Shown here piece by piece: positions 40,739 through 50,583 of a stretch of 64,000 nucleotides of DNA (position 1 is the first letter of the stretch; each line of letters opens with the position of its first letter). Below the pieces are notes generated by a model. The model was not told the origin of the DNA and searched no databases. It saw only the letters and a list, made by a program, of their open reading frames with translations. Source of the DNA: Bacillota bacterium (GTDB taxonomy: Bacteria > Bacillota > JAAYKD01); assembly GCA_963666425.2 (NCBI GenBank), contig OY762825.2, positions 1,152,001 through 1,216,000 of the forward strand. Reading direction: 5' to 3'. The translations under genes and the position numbers were made by a program.

Positions 40739-41209
40739 CTATTCATTCTCGGTAGTTAACAAGGCTAAAATCATATTGCGTAAAATAGCCGCCCGCACCT
40801 GATCGCGCAGCGGCAGCGGAATAGTCAGACTTGTTTGCCTCATGGCAGACTGCATAATTGCTTTTTCACGCTGGGAGATAATTTCTTCATCTGCCAGGCG
40901 GTCACAAATATGATAGGCACTTTCCGAATCAATCATCGAGGGCAGCTGATTGAGCAACTGGCGCGACCAATGGCTGTTTTGATCGGAATACTGTAAACGG
41001 GTTATACTGACATGTCCGCCGCCACCCCGTCTGCTTTCCACTAAAAATCCCCGTTCCGGTGTGAAGCGTGTTGTCAGAACGTAATTGATCTGCGAGGGTA
41101 CACAAGAAAATTGCTCTGCCAGATTGCTGCGGACGATTTCCACAGTAGTGGAATCGGATTCCTCCACCAGGGCACGTAAGTAATGCTCAATAATATCTGC
41201 AAGTGTCAC
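40739..41209 (-). CDS. ctsR: Class III stress gene repressor CtsR
   Basis: FSCVPSQINYVL.TRF, ESRRGGGG. Confidence 0.95.
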   Translation of the reverse strand: MTLADIIEHYLRALVEESDSTTVEIVRSNLAEQFSCVPSQINYVLTTRFTPERGFLVESRRGGGGHVSITRLQYSDQNSHWSRQLLNQLPSMIDSESAYHICDRLADEEIISQREKAIMQSAMRQTSLTIPLPLRDQVRAAILRNMILALLTTENE

Positions 41210-41284
41210 AAATGTTCTCCCCTTTCCAAAACACGATACCGAAGCAGAAAGCGGTTAAAAACCCTATCCTTTTTTGCCTCTGAC

Positions 41285-41333
41285 TTTGACTATCTTTGAC
41301 CTTTAGTATAAACAGTTTCATCTCTTTTGTCAA
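41285..41333 (-). promoter_or_regulatory. sigmaA promoter plus CtsR box
   Basis: TTGACA-17-TATACT followed by GGTCAAA-GAT-AGTCAAA heptad repeat (41285-41301). Confidence 0.9.
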
Positions 41334-41345
41334 GAGCAAAAAACA

Positions 41346-41396
41346 AAAAACTGTTTTACCAGAAGGGTCTCCATCCTTCTGGTAAAGCAGTTTTTA
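41346..41396 (-). terminator. Terminator after rhomboid gene
   Basis: AAAAACTGTTTTACCAGAAGG..CCTTCTGGTAAAGCAGTTTTT stem. Confidence 0.65.
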
Positions 41397-41408
41397 AATA
41401 GCTTTTGC

Positions 41409-42140
41409 TCAATTGAATGATTCGTCTGAGTCGGTATCGTCTTGCGAAAAATCCAATGACCCAGGGTTTTGTTTTCTCGTATGGTTATACCAATAACCAA
41501 CCGCCGCGCCAAAAATGAAACCTCCCACATGAACCCAGTAAGCCACATTTTGACCGGAACCGGCCATGACCTGACGGCCGCTGATCACCTGCAGCAAAAA
41601 CCAGATACCCAGGTAAACAACTGCCGGTACGTTGAAAGGGAACAAAAACAGCACAAAAAAAGGAATGATCGTGCGGATTTTCGCCTTGGGAAACATCATG
41701 AAATAAGCGCCCAAGACACCGGCAATGGCTCCGCTGGCTCCGATCACCGGTATCATCGAAGCAGGTTCGGTGGCAATTTGCAGTAAATTTCCGATCAATC
41801 CGCTGCACAAATAGATCAGTAAAAACCGCCAGCGACCCAGTTTATCTTCAACATTATCCCCGAAAATCCAGAGATATAAAACATTACCTAACAAATGTCC
41901 CCAGCCGCCATGAAGGAACTGTGAGCTAACCAGAGTAAGCCAAAACGGAATTCCAATGAATGGCCAAGCAGAAGCTCCGCTGAAATAGGCTGGCGTCATG
42001 CCGTAGACACGATTGAGCAAGGTCAGATCGCGTGAACTTAAGGTCGTTGACCAGATAAAAATCAGGGTATTCAAGGCGATTAAGATCAAGGTCATGACCG
42101 GCCAATGCTTGGCCCGAATACTGTCTCGAACCGGAATCAT
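41409..42140 (-). CDS. Rhomboid-family intramembrane serine protease
   Basis: FLHGGWGHLLGN, GASGAIAG, VAYWVHVGGF. Confidence 0.92.
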   Translation of the reverse strand: MIPVRDSIRAKHWPVMTLILIALNTLIFIWSTTLSSRDLTLLNRVYGMTPAYFSGASAWPFIGIPFWLTLVSSQFLHGGWGHLLGNVLYLWIFGDNVEDKLGRWRFLLIYLCSGLIGNLLQIATEPASMIPVIGASGAIAGVLGAYFMMFPKAKIRTIIPFFVLFLFPFNVPAVVYLGIWFLLQVISGRQVMAGSGQNVAYWVHVGGFIFGAAVGYWYNHTRKQNPGSLDFSQDDTDSDESFN

Positions 42141-42173
42141 TTGATCTCACCCCGCAATTCCTTCCCAACCTAT

Positions 42174-43349
42174 TTAGACAATTTGCAGAATCACATTCTT
42201 TAAATAATGGCTCTCAGGATAACCCAATTGCTGCGGATGATCCGCTCCCTGCGAACGCCATTCAACCAAACGCAGGCGGCAATGTGCATCGACCGATGCT
42301 TCGACCAACATCTCCTGAAACATCTCACTGCTCATATGGAAAGAACAGGAATTGGTCACCAGGAAACCACCCGGTTTCAGGAGCTTCATCGCCCTTAAAT
42401 TGATTTCCTTGTAACCGCGGTAGGCGCTTTTCAAACTGCTTTTGCTTTTGGCAAAGGCAGGAGGGTCGAGAATAATCACATCGTAGAGACGCTTCTCGTT
42501 GCTATACTGCTTGAGGGCATCAAAAACATTCGCTACGGAGAAGTTGATTTTCGCTTCCACCTGATTCAATTTTGCATTCAGTTTCGCTTGCTCTACTGCG
42601 GATTCGGAAATATCCAAAGCATCCACCGCTGCGGCGCCATAGGCTGCCGCATGAATGGCAAACGCTCCGGTGTGACAGAAGCAATCCAAGACGATCGCAT
42701 CTTTCACTAAAGGAGCCAGAGCGGCGCGGTTGGCACGCTGATCATAAAAATAACCTGTTTTCTGACCTTCCGCAATATCCACCATAAACTTCAGTTGATT
42801 TTCGGTGATCGTAATTTGCGCCGGACCCGGTTCGCCAACCCATTTCTGATAGAGTTCGCAGCCTTCCAATAAACGGACGCGCGCATCATTGCGCAGAAAA
42901 ATATATTGCGGCTGAAATACCTGCTGTAGACCTTTGATCACTGCATCCAAACGAACCTCTATCGCGAGGGTCAAGCATTCCACCACCAAGGTGGTGCCAA
43001 AACGATCTACCACCAGTCCAGGCAGATCATCCGCCTCAGCAAAAACCAGTCGGCAGTCGTTCACACCGGGAAGGAATTGATCACGCCAGTGTTTTGCGGT
43101 CTTGAGACGTTCCAGGATACTGGCTTCGTCAAACAATTCCCCTTGCGTGTAGCCGGTCACACGCACGGTAATCAGAGAATTATCATTGAAATATCCCATC
43201 GCCAAAAAGTAACCGTTGTGGTTGACGATTTCCACATCGCAGCCCGGCGTCAATTCGCCTTCTGTTTTTAAAATTTCATTGCCATAAACCCAGGGATGTC
43301 CCTGTTCCAAGCGTTTTCTCCGGTCACGTTTCAAATATACTTTTGCCAA
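42174..43349 (-). CDS. rlmI: RlmI-like rRNA cytosine-C5 methyltransferase
   Basis: PUA GHPWVY, GQKTGYFYDQR, LDPPAF. Confidence 0.85.
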   Translation of the reverse strand: MAKVYLKRDRRKRLEQGHPWVYGNEILKTEGELTPGCDVEIVNHNGYFLAMGYFNDNSLITVRVTGYTQGELFDEASILERLKTAKHWRDQFLPGVNDCRLVFAEADDLPGLVVDRFGTTLVVECLTLAIEVRLDAVIKGLQQVFQPQYIFLRNDARVRLLEGCELYQKWVGEPGPAQITITENQLKFMVDIAEGQKTGYFYDQRANRAALAPLVKDAIVLDCFCHTGAFAIHAAAYGAAAVDALDISESAVEQAKLNAKLNQVEAKINFSVANVFDALKQYSNEKRLYDVIILDPPAFAKSKSSLKSAYRGYKEINLRAMKLLKPGGFLVTNSCSFHMSSEMFQEMLVEASVDAHCRLRLVEWRSQGADHPQQLGYPESHYLKNVILQIV

Positions 43350-43474
43350 AGGTATTCGCTCCTTAAGAGTGTTTTACTCATTTATTTTGAATTGCTGTTT
43401 TCAGCTTGTTTCTAGTATACCCTATTTTAACCGTGAGGGAAAGAGTCCGCTCTCTGAATATTTACAAATGGCAA

Positions 43475-43566
43475 AAGATGTCTATGGTTATCTGACACAC
43501 ATTTTTGATTACAGCACAATTTCCTTTGAGTCTGCTTTTTTCCCCGGCAAGGTAATCGGACTCAAA
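43475..43566 (+). repeat. Collapsed remnant of the neighbouring lipoprotein C-terminal module
   Basis: GGTTATCTGACACACA (=44893-44908) fused to TTGATTACaGCACAATT..GGTAATCGGaCTCAAA (similar to 46108-46172). Confidence 0.7.
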
Positions 43567-43577
43567 GGAGCTCCCTC

Positions 43578-43865
43578 TCATTCATCAACATCAATTTCCC
43601 GAATATACCAATAAAGTGTGCACTTTGCATCCTCCAAACTCAAATCACTATAGTAAGCGATTTTTTCTTTTTCGGTGAACGTTTTCCAGTGCGCAGCATA
43701 ATGAGCTTTTTTCTTCTGCACGCTCGTTTCTTCTGTTAAGTACTTGCGATATTCGTGGTGGGATTCTGCTTTTTGCTTGGATAGATAATAACCAAAAGAG
43801 CGTTCGTCATTACTGGGATATTCCTCAAGACCTTCGATTACCTTGCACAGCTGGTAAATCTTCAT
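43578..43865 (-). CDS. Small hypothetical protein
   Basis: 95-aa ORF with GAGGTG SD and an upstream ECF-like promoter. Confidence 0.65.
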   Translation of the reverse strand: MKIYQLCKVIEGLEEYPSNDERSFGYYLSKQKAESHHEYRKYLTEETSVQKKKAHYAAHWKTFTEKEKIAYYSDLSLEDAKCTLYWYIREIDVDE

Positions 43866-43924
43866 ACCAGATACACCTCTTTCATGAATGAGTGATTGAT
43901 CAGAGCAAAATTACTTTCTGAGAA

Positions 43925-44112
43925 TAAGACGGCAGTTTCAAAATTTAATTTCCTGTCCAACAGAAAATTTCAATATAATACTATTTAGTTTAGTATCAAT
44001 AAACTAAATGGAATCGCTCTGCTCTGCCGTTATGTGCATCAGAACAATGAATCAGAATGCGACTCGAAACGACCGAAACAGTTGGAAATTAATTCCGAAA
44101 ACTTCCGTCTTA
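43925..44112. promoter_or_regulatory. Pair of divergent ECF-sigma-like promoters (29-bp inverted repeats)
   Basis: GGAAATTAAATTTTGAAACTGCCGTCTTA (minus, 43925-43953) and GGAAATTAATTCCGAAAACTTCCGTCTTA (plus, 44084-44112). Confidence 0.6.
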
Positions 44113-44310
44113 CTAATAGAAAGAAAAATGCAAACCCAAACAGATAAAAAAAAGAGATGGCAGGTGAAAGGAATGAATGAATATAGACCGGTCCCGGATA
44201 TAAAGGAGGAGTATCAGCAGATGATTACCAATTTATATGGGAAAGCAGAAATTCAAATTCTGATCGAAACGACTAAACGAACACAGTCATTCAATTTCAA
44301 GGAGGGAAAG

Positions 44311-46131
44311 ATGAAACAACTTCGCTTATCTCTATTCCTGATTCTGATTCTTCTGTTGACGTTTTTAACAGGATGCAATCAACCAGTATACCAATATCCA
44401 AAAACAAAGGAAGAAATCACTTCTCTGTTTCAGGAGCACAAAGATGAATTTGAGCTATTTGCTGCGAATTGCCTGAAAAACCTTACGACAGGGGGAGACC
44501 TGCAAATCCATCTCATCAGCCAAACAAAAGAGTATCAGTACTGGCGGACAACCCCAGGGAATTCGCCTGTCCTAGAGCAAAAACAACCCGTGTACAAACT
44601 GATGAAAGGAGATGAGCTCCTTGGGTTTTTTAGTTCTTTTCCTGTCAAAGTTGTACAGGCAGAAGACTCCTATGTTGCGATTTCTTTGTATGACGCCAAA
44701 AAATACGATGGCAACCTGGCCATGCAGCAGTCCCCAGACTATATAACCTATCAATATGTGGCAGCCGGGGGTCTGCTTTTGGAAAAAGAGATTATGGAGA
44801 AATCCGGGGGGACAATTATTCTGAACGATTACTGGTTTGCTGATGATCCGTCATTAGCAGTTTCTAATCCGGATTCAGAAGAAGATACCTACGGTTATCT
44901 GACACACAGTCTCGAATTATTGAAAGAGGATGGTTTCGAGGTGAAGGAAGCGGTGATCACTGCTTTTGAACTGCCTCAATTAGGTCTTACCGATGATCAC
45001 AAGGCAATCACAGGCGAGGAGAATCGTAAAGCTGATTATTTATTCGAAATCACTGAGAATTGTCTTCTGCTTAGCTATGAGCGGAATACGAAGGTGACAG
45101 CCTTGCTGGTAAATCCGATCGACGGAACCGTACTTTCCGAACAACAATTTAGTATCCCGACGAATGCGGCGGGCACTTATCGCATCCTGCAATTGAGCGA
45201 TCAGCTCTGGTTATATGCGCCTCGGTCTGCAAGAGGCGAGGAACAGCTCTTTATTCCATTTCTCTGCACAGAAACCGGCATGATAGCTCAGCCAACGATC
45301 CGTTTACCGGAAGAAGCCGCTTCCTGGATCGATGGAAAAGCATCCTTTCTGACAAATGAAAGCGGTATTTACCGCATTGCCTATCTCACCGGCGAGACCG
45401 AAAGTCTGGTTGTGCAGGAATTTGCAGACGGTCAGGTTCAGGGAGAGCCTACCAGATATGATTTGCAGGCGTTGGGTCTGCAGGAAAGCACACAGCTGAA
45501 AGATATTGCATTTTTAAGTGAACATCGTCTGGTCTTTAGTTGGACCGGCAATACGGATGGCAAAAACGCCTTCACGGAATATTGCGGCTATGGCTTCTTG
45601 GACCCGATGAATGCGCAAGTTCAAAGAATCCCTTTTGGCGGGACAAATCTCATGATTTCCGGCAAGCGTGTGCTGGTAGGCAATACGCTAGACTTTATTC
45701 GTCTCAGTGGTGGAGATAGTGCAGATACAACACAACCGGAAGTCGTAAACGAACTGCACCAAATCCATATCATCAACGAGACAGGAGATCCCATTGTAAT
45801 GGCTCAGCCTGCCCTCAACCATATGCTGTATCTCGACGAGGGGTTTCAGACACAGCAAGTAGCTATTTCTGTTTTTGGCGGTTATAGCAGAAAAATGGGA
45901 TATGCTTTTGCGTTCTTCGATACCAATACGAAGGAGTGGCAGCAGGACATTCTCAAATTACCTGAAATTTACCCGGTAACGCGAAACTTTTCGGAGGATT
46001 CCGACCGGGGGATCTATGTCGGTACAATTTCTGCTGCCGGCAAGAAGATCTATCTTCTTGGCTATCATTATGATGAAACGCTAAAAAAATATACAGGCTA
46101 TCCGTTGTTGATTACGGCACAATTGCCTTAA
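44311..46131 (+). CDS. Large modular lipoprotein
   Basis: AAGGAGGG SD, MKQLRLSLFLILILLLTFLTGC lipobox; start moved from 44008. Confidence 0.75.
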   Translation: MKQLRLSLFLILILLLTFLTGCNQPVYQYPKTKEEITSLFQEHKDEFELFAANCLKNLTTGGDLQIHLISQTKEYQYWRTTPGNSPVLEQKQPVYKLMKGDELLGFFSSFPVKVVQAEDSYVAISLYDAKKYDGNLAMQQSPDYITYQYVAAGGLLLEKEIMEKSGGTIILNDYWFADDPSLAVSNPDSEEDTYGYLTHSLELLKEDGFEVKEAVITAFELPQLGLTDDHKAITGEENRKADYLFEITENCLLLSYERNTKVTALLVNPIDGTVLSEQQFSIPTNAAGTYRILQLSDQLWLYAPRSARGEEQLFIPFLCTETGMIAQPTIRLPEEAASWIDGKASFLTNESGIYRIAYLTGETESLVVQEFADGQVQGEPTRYDLQALGLQESTQLKDIAFLSEHRLVFSWTGNTDGKNAFTEYCGYGFLDPMNAQVQRIPFGGTNLMISGKRVLVGNTLDFIRLSGGDSADTTQPEVVNELHQIHIINETGDPIVMAQPALNHMLYLDEGFQTQQVAISVFGGYSRKMGYAFAFFDTNTKEWQQDILKLPEIYPVTRNFSEDSDRGIYVGTISAAGKKIYLLGYHYDETLKKYTGYPLLITAQLP

Positions 46132-46169
46132 GCCATTGCTTTCCTCTAAAAAGCAGGGTAATCGGGCTC

Positions 46170-46218
46170 AAAAAAACAGACTGAGGCTATTATTAAAGCC
46201 GCCCCAGTCTGTTTTTTT
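46170..46218. terminator. Bidirectional terminator
   Basis: AAAAAAACAGACTG..CAGTCTGTTTTTTT between converging genes. Confidence 0.75.
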
Positions 46219-46251
46219 ATAATTTGATTCACTTGTCATTCTGATTTTAGT

Positions 46252-48336
46252 TTACTGCTCTTCATCCTCACTCTTAAAGGCAGCGATGATGCCTTCCGCG
46301 ATCATGGCAGGGATTTCCTCATAATGATCAAAGCTCATTTTGAAGGATCCCCGTCCTTGCGTCATGGAGCGTAAATCGGTGGCATAGCGGAACAATTCAG
46401 CTTGCGGCGCTTGTGCGCGAACCAATTGGCGGCCGCGGCCGATCGGTTCCATGCCGAGCACCCGGCCCCGTTTTTTATTCATATCGCCGATGATGTCTCC
46501 CATGTAATCATCCGGCACGGTCACTTCAATGTTCATAATCGGTTCCAAAAGAACCGGTTTTGCCAACGCGAAACCTTTTTTAAAGCCGATATGCGTAGCC
46601 AGCTTAAAAGCCATTTCCGAAGAGTCAACAGCATGATAAGAACCGTCGACCAAGGCAACCCGAATATTGACCACCGGATATCCAGCCAAAACACCTTTGG
46701 CCATGATTTCGGTTAAGCCTTTTTCAACAGCCGGGATGTACTGACGCGGAACGGAACCGCCGAAGATCTTATCAACAAATTCATAACCGTCTTCTTTTGG
46801 CTCCATTTCCAGCCAAACATGACCGAACTGTCCTTTGCCGCCAGACTGCTTCTTATGTCGTCCTTCTACGCGTACCTTGCTGCGAATCGTTTCACGATAG
46901 GGCAGTTTGAACTCTACGATTTGCACTTCGGCACCGAATTTTTTGGCCAAGCGGCCAATCATCACATCAAGATGCAATTCGCCCAAACCAGAAATGACAA
47001 TCTGTTTGGTTTCGGTATCTTTATGCATGCTGAAGGTGGGATCTTCTTCCGCTAAACGGGCAAGACCAGTACCGATCTTATCTTCATCACCCTTGGTTTT
47101 CGGCTCTACAGCCACGCTGAGACAAGGTTGCGGGAAATGAATGGGGTCGATGATCAGTGGGAATTCCTTTTCTCCCAGTGTTTCATTGGTTGTGGTATCC
47201 TGCAATTTTGCGATAGAACCGATATCACCGGCAACCAGTTCCATGACATTTTCCTGACGCTTGCCTTTGGGAACAAAGAGGTTGCTGATCCGCTCATTGC
47301 GTCCTTTATTGACGTTCCAAACGTTGGAATCCGTTTTGATTGTGCCGGAGATGACCTTGAAAATTGTCAGTTTACCGACAAAGGGGTCGGCCATCGTCTT
47401 AAAAACATGTACGGCCAAATGGCCGGCGGGATCCGCAGCCAATTCTACTTCCTGTTTGGTGTCGGCATGATGTGCTATCACCTTCGGCATATCGGTCGGC
47501 GCTGGGAAATTCTCTACAATAAAATCCATGATGAGTGCAGCGCCGATGTTTTTCGCGCCGGAAGAGCAAGCGACCGGTATAAATTTATCTGTTATAATGC
47601 CTGTTTTGATTGCGCTCTTGAGTTGCTCCTCTGCGATTTCCGCACCGTCCAAATACATCATCATTAATTCGTCGTCGGCTTCCACCGCCGATTCAATTAA
47701 GAGGTCGCGATAGCGTTCCACTTCGTCCGCCATACTGGCAGGGATTTCTTCTTCTTTGAAATTTTTTCCACTGGCATCGGTATAACGATAGGCTTTTGTG
47801 GTGATCAGGTTGACCACACCGCTGAAGTTCGCCTGGGAACCAATCGGGATTAAAACAGGAGCCACTTTGGTGCCGAACGCGCTGCGCAGACTTTCAAATG
47901 CTTTTTCATAGTTTGCATTTTCTCTGTCCATCCGGTTGACAACAACCATCCGCGGTGCATGGCGATCCTCGGCATGTTCCCAAACAATCTCTGTGCCCAC
48001 TTCCACACCGGAAACTGCATCTACTAAAATAACGGCGGTATCCACCACATGCATGGCAGCTACGACCTCGCCGATAAAGTCTAAATATCCGGGCGTATCC
48101 AGCAAATTGATTTTATAATTCTTCCATTCAATTGGAACAATGGAAGTATTGATGGTCATTTGACGCTTGATTTCTTCCGCTTCAAAGTCCATAAAGCTGG
48201 AACCATCGGTAGTTTTTCCCATCCGATCTGTCACGCCTGCTGTATAGAGCATTGCCTCCGCTAAAGTTGTCTTGCCTGCACCACCATGGGAAAAAAGTCC
48301 TATGTTACGAATTTTGTCTACAGAATAATTTTTCAC
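46252..48336 (-). CDS. fusA2: Elongation factor G paralog (EF-G2/FusA2 type)
   Basis: SHGGAGKTT, DTPG, NRMD, HKKQSGG, DLRSMTQGRG; RGITI replaced by RQMTI; not in an rpsL-rpsG operon. Confidence 0.9.
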   Translation of the reverse strand: MKNYSVDKIRNIGLFSHGGAGKTTLAEAMLYTAGVTDRMGKTTDGSSFMDFEAEEIKRQMTINTSIVPIEWKNYKINLLDTPGYLDFIGEVVAAMHVVDTAVILVDAVSGVEVGTEIVWEHAEDRHAPRMVVVNRMDRENANYEKAFESLRSAFGTKVAPVLIPIGSQANFSGVVNLITTKAYRYTDASGKNFKEEEIPASMADEVERYRDLLIESAVEADDELMMMYLDGAEIAEEQLKSAIKTGIITDKFIPVACSSGAKNIGAALIMDFIVENFPAPTDMPKVIAHHADTKQEVELAADPAGHLAVHVFKTMADPFVGKLTIFKVISGTIKTDSNVWNVNKGRNERISNLFVPKGKRQENVMELVAGDIGSIAKLQDTTTNETLGEKEFPLIIDPIHFPQPCLSVAVEPKTKGDEDKIGTGLARLAEEDPTFSMHKDTETKQIVISGLGELHLDVMIGRLAKKFGAEVQIVEFKLPYRETIRSKVRVEGRHKKQSGGKGQFGHVWLEMEPKEDGYEFVDKIFGGSVPRQYIPAVEKGLTEIMAKGVLAGYPVVNIRVALVDGSYHAVDSSEMAFKLATHIGFKKGFALAKPVLLEPIMNIEVTVPDDYMGDIIGDMNKKRGRVLGMEPIGRGRQLVRAQAPQAELFRYATDLRSMTQGRGSFKMSFDHYEEIPAMIAEGIIAAFKSEDEEQ

Positions 48337-48604
48337 ACATGTTCCTCCTCACTTGCTTTACGGATCTTGTCTTTGAGATACGGCACTTTTACTCGTATCG
48401 GTATGTTATTCGAGCAGTAAATACATTTGTCCTTCTGTTAGAGGCAAAATGAATCCGCTTATTTTAAGCTGAAAGCTTTCCATAAGGTTTTCTTATATTT
48501 GAACACCCAGGCAGGACAATACTGTAAAAAGGCCGAATCTGTCTGGTAGCAATGAGCAGAGCATGCCTTGCTCACTGCACAAATAGAAGATGAGGTGACG
48601 GAAT

Positions 48605-49207
48605 ATGAACCTGATTACCATTGATAATTGCGGTCTTGCTTGCCCGCAGCCGGTCATCAACACAAAAAAAGCATTGGATAGCCTCTCAGCCGGACAAAGT
48701 TTGATCAGCATGGTCGACAATGCTGCTGCCAAAGAAAATGTCACCCGTTTCGCCGTCAACAACGGCTATACAGTCAGCGTAGAAGAAAAAAATGGCGTCT
48801 ATGCTCTGACTCTGACCAAGGGCAAAAGCCTGCCGGCAACGGCAGCTCCTCAGGTAGAAATCCCCAATTCTGGCGGCAAAGTGATTTTTGTGCGCAGCAA
48901 TCAATTGGGAATGGGCAGCGATGAACTTGGCAGCCTCTTGATCAAATCCTTTTTTTATGCGGTCAGTCAGACATCGGATTACTTGCCGGCAAAAATCGTC
49001 TTGATCAACAGCGGCGTCAAACTCGCGGTCAAAGATTCGCCCGTATTGCCAGATCTGCTCAGCTTAGCGGCGGCCGGTGTGGAAGTGTTAGCCTGCGGCA
49101 CCTGTCTTGATTTTTACGGACTCAAAGAGCAGCTTGCCGTCGGACACGTCTCCAATATGTACAGCATTTATGAAGTTCTGGCAAGCCATGCTGTGCTTAC
49201 ACTCTAA
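48605..49207 (+). CDS. yedF: Sulfurtransferase-like selenium metabolism protein YedF (TusA + DsrE-like)
   Basis: GLACPQPV, MG.GSDELG, NSGVKL, ACGTCLDFYGL, SNMY. Confidence 0.85.
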   Translation: MNLITIDNCGLACPQPVINTKKALDSLSAGQSLISMVDNAAAKENVTRFAVNNGYTVSVEEKNGVYALTLTKGKSLPATAAPQVEIPNSGGKVIFVRSNQLGMGSDELGSLLIKSFFYAVSQTSDYLPAKIVLINSGVKLAVKDSPVLPDLLSLAAAGVEVLACGTCLDFYGLKEQLAVGHVSNMYSIYEVLASHAVLTL

Positions 49208-49221
49208 GCCGCTTTATAAAA

Positions 49222-50385
49222 ATGAAAAGAAAGAGAACTAGAATGCAGTCATTGATTTCAATTTTGTCTCCGCTGGCTTTAGGTTATTATCTCGGTTTAC
49301 AGGGTTGGTATTGTTGGAAAGGGATATTGCCCGGCAGCGGCAGAATCATCTACTGGCTGATATACTGGTCTTTCACACTGCTGCCCTGGCTGCTGCAAAC
49401 TTTTGGCGGCACTGTTACCAGTGACCTCGCCGAATATGGCAGCCGTCTCGCTTTCAACCAATTGATCTTCTACGCTGCTTTGTTTTGCTTTAGCTTACTG
49501 TTGAAGGTGCTGAGTCTGATTCTTGTCAATGGGCTTGGTTTGAGCGGACTCACCCGCGCTGCTTTTTTACCCTTCTGGCCAATTCTGGTCATTGCGCTTT
49601 CTCTGGCAATCTGCTTCTATGGTTACCACACAGCCAGAACCTATGCAGTCACACCCTATCAGATCAGATTAACCGGCACTGCGGCGGCTGAATATAAAAT
49701 CGCCGCCATCTCTGATCTGCACCTTGGTGCAGTCCATCAGCGAAGTGATTTGAAAAAGATGGTTGCTGCAGTCAATGCGCTGGATGCAGACCTGGTTTTG
49801 ATTTTGGGTGATATTCTGCACAATGATTACGCTCCTTTTCGGGATCACCAAATGGCAGAAGAATTTCAGAATTTAACCGCTCCTTACGGTGTTTACGCCG
49901 TGCTTGGCAATCACGACGCTTATGCCAATCGTGAGACAGAATTAATGGCCGAATTGACAGCCGCCGGTATCACGATGCTGCAGGATCAAGCGCTGGTGAT
50001 TGACGATCATTTTGTTTTAGCCGGGCGCAAGGACCGCGCCGGCATGCGCAGCAGAGCAACCAGCGCACGTGCCACCCTACCGGAGCTGCTGCAAGGTTAC
50101 CCCGTGGATTTACCCGTCGTTCTGATGGATCATCAACCGCGCGACCTGCAGGCAGTTGCCGACGATCGTGAAGTTGATCTGCAGCTCAGCGGGCATACGC
50201 ATGCAGGCCAATTCTGGCCGGTGACTTGGGTTACAAACCGTATCTATGAACTGAATTATGGTTACAGGCAAATTGACGCAGCCCAATTTATCGTCACGAG
50301 CGGCATTGGTACTTGGGGACCGGCGTTCCGCTTGGGAAGCATCAGCGAAATCGCTTTGATTACTTTGATCATCGAAGCAAAATAA
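49222..50385 (+). CDS. Membrane-anchored metallophosphoesterase (YkuE-like)
   Basis: N-terminal TMs; SDLHLG, GD, GNHD, HQP, SGHTHAGQ. Confidence 0.9.
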   Translation: MKRKRTRMQSLISILSPLALGYYLGLQGWYCWKGILPGSGRIIYWLIYWSFTLLPWLLQTFGGTVTSDLAEYGSRLAFNQLIFYAALFCFSLLLKVLSLILVNGLGLSGLTRAAFLPFWPILVIALSLAICFYGYHTARTYAVTPYQIRLTGTAAAEYKIAAISDLHLGAVHQRSDLKKMVAAVNALDADLVLILGDILHNDYAPFRDHQMAEEFQNLTAPYGVYAVLGNHDAYANRETELMAELTAAGITMLQDQALVIDDHFVLAGRKDRAGMRSRATSARATLPELLQGYPVDLPVVLMDHQPRDLQAVADDREVDLQLSGHTHAGQFWPVTWVTNRIYELNYGYRQIDAAQFIVTSGIGTWGPAFRLGSISEIALITLIIEAK

Positions 50386-50583
50386 TGAATTATTTAAAAA
50401 CAACGTATCCGGTTCTTATTTCCGGATCATACATTTTGGGGGGCGAAGGAATTTCGCTCCCTTTTCTCGAATTGTGCCCCTGAGATCGCAGGATGACGGT
50501 TTGATACATTCTGCCTGATCAATCTTAAAAACGGCATTGCTCTTTTTAGAGATCATGCCAATCCAAAGAAGGAGGTCTGTTTT

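Noticed and set aside
48605-49207. Selenium utilisation cluster or selenoprotein read-through
   Set aside because: yedF is alone; no selD/selAB or convincing in-frame TGA found in the window
50447-50476. SigH-like promoter (AGGAATT..GAAT) before the amidohydrolases
   Set aside because: Overlaps a terminator-like hairpin and matches the consensus imperfectly; cannot be supported without TSS data
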